From the NCBI GenBank assembly GCA_964247055.1, contig OZ176054.1:8494001-8558000 (forward strand): DNA of 64,000 nucleotides, given 5' to 3'. This document shows positions 25,301 to 35,630 of the stretch, one piece after another. Under the pieces are notes generated by a model, which was not told the origin of the DNA, did no database searches, and saw only the letters and a program-made list of their open reading frames with translations. Within the stretch, counting starts at the first letter, position 1. Every line of letters starts with the position of its first letter. Both the position numbers and the translations under genes were made by a program. Source of the stretch: Paragordius varius. Taxonomy: Eukaryota; Animalia; Nematomorpha.

Positions 25301-28300
25301 TCAGGATTATTTCGATTTTAAGAGATTGACAAAAATAAATTTACATTTTTTATAAATTCCTATAACATTTTCTGATTCATAGTAAATTACAAGATACTAG
25401 CTGGTCCTGTCACGCTTCGCTGGGGCGTAGTCTCACCGATAATTATTCTTAATAAATTGCAATAAATAGAGTTAATGGAGATAAAAAAATAATAAAAAAC
25501 ATATTTAATAAAAAGAATGTCTTTAATATTCTTTTACGGTTTTAGCATAAATATTGTTTACTCGAAATTAACCATATTTAAACTGTCCGTTATTAAAGTT
25601 AATACATAACTAATTGGATTAATTTTTAGATTTTCATTTTACAAAATCATGGTTAAAAGTTCTATTTTGAAATTGTGTTCACACAGCTGGGATCAAGGGA
25701 TATAAAAAGTAAATCATTTGTAGTCCCTTTTTAAAGGAAAGAATGATATTATATAAATTCCCCAGAAATGTGTTTAACTGATCTCGTATGGCTTCTTAAG
25801 TTTTTTTGAAAATCAGCTCCAAAACTACGCCATTTTTGTATGGCGTCTCAGTTTTTAGTAGACCCCTACCCATAGACCTGTATGGGAAAAGCGCTGAGTT
25901 AAATTTTTTGCCTTTATAAGGCAAATATTTGGAATCATCTTTGATACCATCGTCTCATGGGTTATTCTAAAAAATTAACATCGTTATATGATGCGTATAA
26001 TTAAGGCATAAAGGCCCCAAATTAACGGCTAATAAAAACTCGACTATTTCAAGCTTTTAATGAGCTCATATGGCCTCATAATTTATTTCTGTAAATTAGC
26101 TCCAAAACAACGCAATTTCTATATAGTAGCGCAGTTTTAGCGGCTATCGTTTACCAAGCGGCCAAAATTAAAAAAACGCAAGACTAAAATTTTTGCCTTT
26201 TAACAGCAAATACCTGGAATCCTCATTGAATTTTAACGGTCTCGATCCTGGGCAAAAAATTATTTATTTTTGGAAAAAATGGCATTTTACGGGGAGAGCA
26301 GGTAAAAAGAGAGCCTAAATTAAAAAAGTAAGCCGATTATGTTCGGCGAGGTCAAAAAAAAGTAAAAAAAATCATATTTAAAATCGAATGGTCCTACACG
26401 TTTTCCGGAAAACTGTTTCAAAGACACGATTTTTGTGGACCTCTGATTAAAAAAACCGATTACACGGGATGGGCCCGATAGGCGCCTAATTCAAAAAAAA
26501 GGATTGTGGGGGCATTCATAAATGATTTAATTTTTTGACATTTGGATTAAAATAGGTCTACAGGTTTTCCGGAAACAGATCACAAAGTCATGATTTTCTA
26601 TTTTTATAAATATATAAAATATAATGATCGGAATAGAAATACTGGTATAAACAGTCTTTCCGAGCCAGAAGATTTTAAGATATATTTACCTACGATGATT
26701 GTTATTTTTATTTATAACAAAATTTTACAAGTTAAAAAACATTTTTTGTTAAATTTTATTTTTATCACTCGCGACCCCATAATTTTGCTATGCGACCTCA
26801 AATGGGCTCGCCACCCATAGTTAAAAAAACCTTGGTCTATAGGTATCAAGAGTTCTGGCGTTTAACAGAAAAATTAAATTTAAGGGACACTAACTGGGAT
26901 AAACACAATTTACCTTATATTTATCATACTAATCTTTAAACGCAAACTCAGACATAGTTAATTTATTTTACGACTAATATTAAAATTTTAACCTATGTCC
27001 CATTTTTATAATTAAAACAAAAAGATAAATACCAATAATAACTTCCAAAGTATTAAAATAGCTTTTCGAATGGGTATATATGGCGAAGAAACATTGCAAA
27101 AACGATTGATTAAATCAAACATCATGATGATTAGGTACATAGAATCTATATTTAAAATAAATATATCGTATCTTAAAATATATATATTATTAATAATATT
27201 TATTAATTAAAAATGGTTGAATGATAAATTAATAATTTTCCACAAACAAAATATACTTTCAAGATTTATAATTATATCAAATTTTATTCTTTTTAACAAC
27301 GTTGCTTAAGTTTTAAACAAAAAAATGGTTTTGGTTCCATAAAAAGATATAAAAAAGTTTAAATTTTATTTAAGAGCCAAATTCTAAATGTAACAAAATA
27401 ACCGATATTATATTCTTAAATCCATTTATTTATTTAATAACAAATCTCAGAAAAGATATTTCCATTGAATGTACAGTTATTATTATAGTTCAAATATTAT
27501 ATATGATTTAAAATTTTTAAAAAAGGGTTATTGTGTGATAATTTTTATAGCACATTCCGTTACCGCAATATTAATAAGATTTTAAAATCAAACTTCTATG
27601 ATATATTTTATTAATATTAATCTCTTATATTGTAATTTTTCAGACATGATTTGCTATAATAATATTTGACGGCTTTTACAATCATTATCCCGATCGAAAA
27701 CCGTTTTATACAATTTAAACCAAAATTTTCCATTTTAAAAAACATCTTGGAATAAAACACATATTATTATTAGAGACAATATACGGGATTCAAATTTGAT
27801 CTAGTTTTTGACTAATATATTTGTTAAGTTTATATATAAATTGGATAGATAAAATTAAAATTTATTACTTTCTTGGATGTAGGAGTTTTCATAAAGCATT
27901 TTATCCATCAACATACACTCAAGAACGATCAAATATATGGAAAACAAAATGCGTAATTTCCCATTATAATCCATGGAATAATCTTTGTCGGCAGCGTATT
28001 TCTCTAATCTACAATATTAAAATATATAATCACTTACTGTTGACATGAAGTTTCTGATTCAATATGGAATATTAAAGTTTCAATAAACCCCATTTTTATT
28101 ATGAGAGATACAGTAGAATCCGCAACAAAAGGACAATAAACATTTAATGTATTTATTTCTACAAATATTAATATAATTGAACCTTTTAACAAATATAATA
28201 ATATAATATTAAAGAGATTGTTGATATTTTGATCTTTACGATCTATAAGTTCTAAGATCATTTGTAAATTTTCTGTTTTTTGAGTTAATGATAACGCTTC

Positions 28301-28525
28301 CCAGCTTAGAAAATTATTATGTATGCCCTTAAATTCAAAACTCTCGCAATATGTGAATATATCTTGTAATATACGATAAAATACCAGAGATTTCTTGAAA
28401 AAATTTATCATGGTTCTTATAAACAAACTTAATTTCCAGTGATTCATTGTTTGGCTTCTATTTTACTATAATGTAAATACTTCATCCTCTTCCCTAATCC
28501 TGAAAGTTGAATCAATATCCAGCAT
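16307..28525 (-). CDS. STRIP1: Striatin-interacting protein (STRIP1/2, FAM40), multi-exon
   Basis: Exons in order give EISDIFTYCESFEF, TLGGIED, EFLNRSRQKFLGYTL..GLPQPIIES, LLKLLLAASP, FNRHKDIIAKAVSAILIILLKHFKINHIYQ, NCIPLILKYF, NWRNLFTCINLLRIL, SAPILKKALKV..LGRQWRKNNMK..HHLNDDWAYGN and DFKRNYESWIDNNVF..NWDLLLLE*. The exon set between ~24.0 and 27.8 kb is not resolved. Paralogue number (STRIP1 vs 2) is not distinguishable. Confidence 0.9.
19600..19860 (+). mobile_element. Penelope-like element relic, GIY-YIG endonuclease fragment, in a STRIP intron
   Basis: The ORF track peptide YPGVYKIPCECVQVYVGQVARKLNTCWSEHK matches the PLE GIY-YIG consensus (GVYKIPC.CG..YIGQT.R.L..R..EH). It is followed by stop-disrupted QRLIREF. 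Confidence 0.7.
24440..24720 (+). mobile_element. Degenerate non-LTR retrotransposon (RTE-like) 3' fragment
   Basis: Relic peptides TKRLRWASHT and GRPFKRW resemble the RTE C-terminal RRLRWAGHV..GRP..RW motifs. The frames are broken. Confidence 0.55.
25188..26834. mobile_element. Charlie-type hAT MITE split by a nested Helitron
   Basis: Ends read CAGGGCTTTTTAAACTTTT ... ATAGTTAAAAAAACCTTG. Subterminal CGACCCC motifs occur at both ends. The 8-bp TSD is atctatag / gtctatag. Confidence 0.75.
25397..26618 (-). mobile_element. Non-autonomous Helitron, same 5' family as 11566-12800
   Basis: Segment ~26180-26618 aligns by eye with ~11740-12226. The minus-strand 3' end reads CAGCGAAGCGTGACAGGACCAGCTAG|T at 25397. 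Confidence 0.7.
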
Positions 28526-28594
28526 GCGTTTTATAGTGGTTTCATCTGAAAATTCACAAAATCACGTTTAAAGCTGAACCGTTTAAATTCAGTT

Positions 28595-30682
28595 ATGCTT
28601 TCAAACAACATTGACAAATCTAACATTTTCATTGTCGGTACTGGGGGAATTGGCTGTGAATTACTAAAAACGTTGGTACTTGCCGGATTTAAAAACATCC
28701 AAATGATTGATTTAGACACCATAGAATTAAGCAATCTGAATCGTCAGTTCTTGTTTCACAAAAAACACGTTGGTTTGTCAAAGGCATTGGTAGCCAAAGA
28801 AAGTATGCTAAACTATCGACCAAATTTAAATTTAACCTCATATCATGACTCGATTACGGATCCTAAGTTTGATATTGATTTTTTCCGTCAATTCGACCTG
28901 GTATTTAGTGCTTTAGATAACAATAATATACGCTACCACCTTAACCGAATGTGCTTAGCCGCTGATGTTCCCCTTATAGAAAGTGGAACAACAGGTTATT
29001 TAGGCCAAGTTAAACCCATATTCAAGGGTAAAACCGAATGTTTTGATTGTCTCTCTCGACCAGAAAAGCAACAATATGCGACATGTACTATCCGCAATAC
29101 TCCCTCCGAACCCGTTCATTGCATTGTCTGGGCCAAAAATTTGTTCAATGTTTTGTTTGGTGAACCAAATTCCGAGGGAGTTGAGGATTCAGTTGCTCCA
29201 GAAAGTAACACTCAATCAACGGATCAAAATTCACATGAAAACGATAACACGACCCAAAAACATGTATCGATATATGAATGGGCTCATTTACACAATTTTT
29301 CAGTCAGAGATATTGGAAAAAAACTTTTTATCGATGATATCAATTATTTGTTAACAATGAGCGATCTTTGGAAAACACGTAAGCCACCTCATCCGCTCGA
29401 CCATTTTGAATCCATACTAAATAACCATAAACAAATGACTTTGGATACGAATTCTGAAACGGAACAAAGAAGAGTTTGGACCCTTGAAAAATGTGTACAT
29501 TACTTTACTACTTCTCTCACCAAACTTTATAAAAATTATACCAATAATAAAACGCTAAATATATCCAAACGCCTTAACTCAGAGTCATACAATTACTTGA
29601 CTTGGGATAAAGATGATGTAGAAATTATGACATTTGTGGCCGCTGCTGCAAACATAAGATCTTATATATTTGGAATACCTTTGCAATCATTTTTTGATGT
29701 TAAATCTATCGCAGGAAATATTATACCCGCAATAGCAACTACGAATGCTATTGTAGCAGGTTTGATAGTGATTCAAGCTTGTTTTATCTTAAACAATAAA
29801 TCTAACCTAAATAAAAATGTTTTTACACGAAACACACCTTTGACCTCAAATATTAACACTACTAATAAGGCAAATAACCCCACCTCATCCAAAACAAACG
29901 TTATAATTAATAAACCGCGCTTTAGGACAAATCTTTTGGGGAAGGAAGAGTTTCGCCCACCTAATCCCACGTGCTTTTCATGTTCAATCTCAGATACTCA
30001 AGCAACCATTGTTTGTGATGTAACTCGATTTTGTTTAGCCAAGTTGGTTGGAATACTCAATAATAATTTATCAATGCTCGTTCCTGATATCACGGTTGAT
30101 AATGGATTGGGGACGCTATTGTATAGCGCTGAAAGTCCTCCTAGTCAAGAGCAAATCAACCAACCATTACAAACATTTAACAGTGATCTTGTTAACGCTC
30201 GTCTCATTTGTGAAGATTTTGAAACGGGGAAAAAATGTGTCATATGGTTAAAACATCAACAAAATTATCCCGAACACCATTTAACTATAGTTGAAACAGC
30301 AAAAACATTGTCTGTTGCTGATAAAATTCCTTCGTCCTCTGGTGCAGCTTCAACTGAAAACGGTTTACCGCATAAGGGATTAAAACGCACACATTCAGAC
30401 GAGGATAGCGGCGATAGTGAAGACCCAAAAAATGGAAGCGTACAGCGGATCGAAGTAGAGAAATTAAAAATTGACGAAATTCCTAGCAAAAAAATGCGAA
30501 ATGCAGCAGGTGATTCAAAGAAAATATCTAATAACGCAGATATTGACGAAGATTTAGTTATTATAGATGATATAAATGAAGTTCCCTCTACTAGCCATTT
30601 TCTGCCTTTGCGCACTAAATCACATAAACAAAACTTTGAAAAAAAGAATTTGGAAGACGCTCAATTGATTGTCATAGATTAA
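28595..30682 (+). CDS. UBA2: SUMO-activating enzyme subunit 2 (E1), single exon, 695 aa
   Basis: Contains VGTGGIGCELLK (ATP-binding), DLDTIELSNLNRQFLF, Zn ligands CFDC and CFSC, catalytic ATCTIRNTPSEPVHCIVWAK, and SIAGNIIPAIATTNA. Confidence 0.97.
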   Translation: MLSNNIDKSNIFIVGTGGIGCELLKTLVLAGFKNIQMIDLDTIELSNLNRQFLFHKKHVGLSKALVAKESMLNYRPNLNLTSYHDSITDPKFDIDFFRQFDLVFSALDNNNIRYHLNRMCLAADVPLIESGTTGYLGQVKPIFKGKTECFDCLSRPEKQQYATCTIRNTPSEPVHCIVWAKNLFNVLFGEPNSEGVEDSVAPESNTQSTDQNSHENDNTTQKHVSIYEWAHLHNFSVRDIGKKLFIDDINYLLTMSDLWKTRKPPHPLDHFESILNNHKQMTLDTNSETEQRRVWTLEKCVHYFTTSLTKLYKNYTNNKTLNISKRLNSESYNYLTWDKDDVEIMTFVAAAANIRSYIFGIPLQSFFDVKSIAGNIIPAIATTNAIVAGLIVIQACFILNNKSNLNKNVFTRNTPLTSNINTTNKANNPTSSKTNVIINKPRFRTNLLGKEEFRPPNPTCFSCSISDTQATIVCDVTRFCLAKLVGILNNNLSMLVPDITVDNGLGTLLYSAESPPSQEQINQPLQTFNSDLVNARLICEDFETGKKCVIWLKHQQNYPEHHLTIVETAKTLSVADKIPSSSGAASTENGLPHKGLKRTHSDEDSGDSEDPKNGSVQRIEVEKLKIDEIPSKKMRNAAGDSKKISNNADIDEDLVIIDDINEVPSTSHFLPLRTKSHKQNFEKKNLEDAQLIVID

Positions 30683-31199
30683 TTTTCTTTGTACATTTTT
30701 TTAATAAATAAAATGTTTGTAATCGCAACATGATTTTAAATCCAATTTAATCAATTCAAATCAAGTCTATTTTTATCAGAATCCGTTTTGCAACCGTTAA
30801 AATAGATTCTCCTCATGGAAAAATAAATGGGAACGACTTTCGCCGACCCATGTGTAAAGATTTTTAATACTGTTTGTTTTTGGTTAGGTTACAAATTATA
30901 TTATCATTCTGTTCTCTTTTTTCTGAACAAGTGGTTTTTATCGAAATCTTCTGGTTCTCAAATATTTTTCTTAAATGTCGTTTGTGGTTTTCATTTTAAA
31001 GAGCCTAATATTAATTACAATGTGGGTAAAATACCTCAAAATATGAATTTAATGTGTGCTACTTTTTGTTTGAATTATCAAAATAGAAAACAATATTTTA
31101 GTTGACAATGTATTACACACTGAGAAAAATCTGAGCTTTGAGCAAGGCTTGGGGGAAAAGGATAAGCCTCTTCTGATTGCATAGTAAAAATTATTCAAT

Positions 31200-31900
31200 T
31201 TTAATAAACCGAGGGTGACTAAGCCCTTTTTTTAATTAGGCCCTGAGTTTTGTCCCATTCCGTGTAAAAATCGAGTTTTTGAAAAAAGGGAGGTCCCTCA
31301 AATTTTAAGTTTTAACGACGTTTCCAAAAAATGGGGGGGGCCCATTTAGTTTCAATAGTATACTTTTTATAATGTTTAACAAATTCACCAAGGGTGACTC
31401 CCGTTTTTTAAAATTGGCCACTCATTTTAGACCCACACTTATTAAAAATAGGGTTTTCGGAAGAATTGTTGGCTTGGCACACGATACCAAAAAACGTGTC
31501 GGTACAGTTAGTATCAATAAAGCTATTTTTAAATCGTTTTAAGTGACTAAGCCCTTTTTTAAAATTAGCCCCTCAATTTTGCGCCCCATAGTGAAATAGG
31601 TTTTTAAAATAAATATTGGTTTTGAAGCGCACTTTCCCTAAGGCGTGTAGGCACAGTCAATTTTAATTGTGCACTTTTATAATGTTTTACAAATCTCGAG
31701 GGCGATTATGACCTTTTTTAAAATCAGTCCCTCGGTTCTGCTCCGCTAATGTAAACATAGTTTTTTTGAACAATTTTTGACTGCGAAACACGATCCTAAA
31801 AAATGATAGATTTTTTGATTGTTTTGACGCCGAAAGTAAGTAACCCGTTTCTTTGAATTGGCCCCTTATTTCAGCCGCTGCAAGGTGATTTTTACTAAAA
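31200..31900. repeat. Diverged array of ~150-180-bp units related to the reverse complement of the Helitron body
   Basis: A recurrent motif of the form GTGACT-AAGCCC/CCCG-Tn-AATT(A/G)G-CCC starts near 31213, 31392, 31541, 31698 and 31838. It resembles the reverse complement of GGGGCCTATTTTAAAAAAAGGGCG (12080-12104). Confidence 0.55.
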
Positions 31901-34900
31901 TACTGACTTAAAGCAATGTTCCGGTTAAAGTGCATACCCATAATTTAAAATTAGAAATATTTTATCTATAAATGCTCCGACGACTTTACCATATATTTCC
32001 TTCTGTTAAACCTCGCCACTGTAAAAAGGAAGTTTTCTGTTAAATATTAACTTTAAACCCTTTGAAAAAACATATCATTCATCTAAATTTAACAGTGATA
32101 CAATTAAAAATATAAAGAGTAATGTTGAGCTTTATTTGGAAATAATTGCTTATTAATGGCATTCTTTCTAAAATACGCCACTATATAACGAGGCTTACAA
32201 CTATTTTTTAACACAGACCAATATAAATTCAATAATATTTAACCGTACCATAAATTTATTGCGGAGGACAATTTATTGGTCTGGGTTTAGGTACACCCTA
32301 GGTGTATTTACCATTTTTATTTTTAACAGTCATATTATCATTTTTTATATGTTTAGAATAATAGTTCATAAATTTCCAATCAAAGCAATTGCACGGTATT
32401 ATTTTTTTTCTTTTTTATCTAATAACACAAAAGTGGTGTAGCCCCTGTTTATATTTACTAAATGATTCTTATAGATTTTAGGAACAAAGCTTTAACAGTT
32501 TATTAATAATAAAACGTGCCTGTCTTGGATGCCTTTTTGTCCCATACTTTCTCCATTATTACCATACCTAACTTCATTCACTTTGAAACATTATTATGCA
32601 AAATTAATTCAATCACATCTGGAAGTTTTGAAAGCGTAGAATCTGCCACCACACCACAGAAATGTTGACAAATGGCATAACTTGACCGCAACATAGACCG
32701 ATAATATTTCATTTTTTTCCGCATCAATATTTTTAACAGAACGCAAATTTTATTACTACAGAAAGGTACATAAGAGTATATTAGTTTTATGAATAGTTTG
32801 AGCAAGCATGATATTTGTACAATAAGTGTATTGTACTTCGGTTGCCACCTTTTCAAAATTTATTTTCATATTATGATAATTTAGCCGGAGATACATTTAA
32901 TTCTAAAATATGTTTATAAAAAGACTAAAGGATATTTTTGTTTGGGCTATAATTCCAGCTGATGACTTAACCTTAACACTTAAAGGTCGATTCTATCATA
33001 CCACTGGCTTTTTACTTCCGTCAAGCGAGTACTCACAATTTTTTACTAGTATTTTTGTTAGAGATGATACGATTGAACATTCTGTTGCGATAATTTTACC
33101 GCTATTAAAAGGTCTATTATATAGCAGATACAGATCCTATTTCATCAACCAAATAAATTAGTGCGTTTATTTAATATCACGATTAATATGCCATCTGATA
33201 AGCACAAAATTGTGATTCACCCGACAAAGTTTCTCATAGAGAACATTAGCGAAGATTTATTCTAATATTAAACTTTTGGTACGGGCGGAAATAAGTTTTA
33301 TTAAATTGATCAAACTATAATGATAGTCGTATTACAGCAGAATGCGAAATCATTGTATAGGCATTTGAATGAACAAAACATAAAACAGGCGCCGATCTAC
33401 CCAGGCAAGCGACAATTTAAACTTTTACCGCAGCCCAAAAAAGCATCAAAATGGCATTATGACAAAATAACATCCTGAGCTGATTTTAATTGGTAATGAT
33501 GTCAATAATATATACATTTATTATTATATTTTGTAAATTATTTATATGTCTCATAAGCATAACTCTTATTTTTTCCATTTTAATAATAAAAATTTTATTT
33601 ACTTTTATATAAAATTTAAATAATTGGATTTTTATTAGATATAATTATATTCAGCTTGACAGAATCGCTTCAAAGTAGTTCCTCTAATTAGCTGCAAATT
33701 ATACTTCCGAAGATGGATTTCTTAATAAAAGCATAAATTCTTTACAAATCTTATAATTAGGGTAATAAATTTTGCTGAGCTTTTACATCTGTAAAATACG
33801 CTACCGAATATAGTGTCGTGTAAAACGCACTTCTAAAAATTGTTAAATTTTCATATTTTCCTTTCCGATTGGAATCAACCTTATTTTATATGACCAATTT
33901 TGTGTTATAGTAAGCGTATGCAAAACATCGAAAAGATCAGTTGTAGATAGTATTTATGCAAAAATATTATAATTATCGGTCAGACTATGACACAACGAAG
34001 CTTGACAAGGCCAGTAATTATTATATAAAAAATATATATAAATAGTTTGAAACTACGGTTCCGATTTGGTTCCAAGAAGCCAATGTTCCTGATATACGAG
34101 AGGGTTTCGTCTCTAATCCATAATTTTATAAATTCTGAGAATAAACTCGAAATGGAAATTTTAACTACACTATAATCATTAATAATGAATGTTCAGTTAA
34201 AATTTCCCATGATTCTATGAATAATTATTATAATTTTTGTGGTTTAAATTTTTAGTAAATATTTTGAAACAAATATTTTATTAAAAAATAATCATCCGAC
34301 ATGACATAGTGCACACAAAAATATCCTGATATAACAATTGTATGGATAGATATTGCGGTGTTTTTAGTTTTAAACCTGACTAGTAATTTACTTACTAATT
34401 TTTCCATTATTCAAAAAATTACCAATTAGGTTGCCTTATAATATTCGGATAGATGCTTGCTAAAAATATCGATAAAATATACTTTAAAACATGTAAGATA
34501 TATATATATATATAGATATATATTGTTTTCTAGTATTCATAATGGGTTCCGAATTCAAATTTTTGGAGTTCTTTCACTAATGTTCCTAAACAAAATATCA
34601 AGATCGCGCCTAAAAAAGTAATTTATAAAATGGATTTTTAATATGCCACTTTAGCAAGTAAAAAAAATCCAAACGTAAAAAATGGCGGCAAAAAATTTTG
34701 AGATGGGAAAGAATGTGCATTGAAATTTGGCCTAATACTTTAATTACTTATATAAATTTTGATTGGCGCGTGCATCAAAACTACCAAAAGTAAAGTGTCA
34801 ATTATCTAAAGTCATAAAAATGTTCAGCACCATAGAAATATTAAAAATGTTTATAAGTTTTAAAGTTTTATTACACCGAATATGTTGCAAATTACCCTAA

Positions 34901-35630
34901 AATATGGCTACTAAAATCTAAATCAAATTTTTAAGCAAAATATGCGTTTTAAAAATTAATTTTATAATCTAGCAACTTAAATATTGTTAGCGATTTCGCC
35001 ATTTTTGCATTTACTCTAGAAAAATTAAGATTCCAAGTTAAAAAATCAAGATTTTCGGTGCCCGCATCTAAAAATTTGAAACTAATTTAAATATATCTTT
35101 GCTTTTTAATTGTGGTTATTATTTAATTTAATAATATTTTTCTGAATCCAACCTAAAAATTTTATTTATTACAATATATGCATATTATTAATTTTTAGAT
35201 AACGAGTAATTAACATAAAGTTGGTATTATTATGCTTCTTATTTCAAAATTGAGACATTTTTTTAAAATAATAATATATTTAATCAGGATTTCCTACCCC
35301 CAATTATCTATTCGGAAATTAATAAATTAATGTTTAGATTTAGATCCTATCCAAATTTATGATTCCATCTAGCTTTTTACACTTAAATTATATTCTTCAT
35401 ATAAATCAATAATATATAATGACTTGGGTTCCATGCCCTGATTCCATCGATAATATTCCCTTTAAAATCCAATTATTTTTTCTAAATATTTTCGGTTCTT
35501 CCAATTTGCATCAATTAATCTTATAACTCATAATATTTTCTACAATCACAGCCTTTTTCTCCCTCCGAACTAAAAGTTATATATGGAGACAGCGGAGTTA
35601 CATATGCTATAAGCGCTTTCCTATAATCAG

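Noticed and set aside
32949-32990. CTGATGA as a hammerhead core
   Set aside because: No GAAA box and no closing stems.
32560-34460. RRN3 assignment from fragments such as FMFCSFK and SAFYTT
   Set aside because: The fragments are out of order and cannot be joined in frame. The similarity is too short to be trusted.
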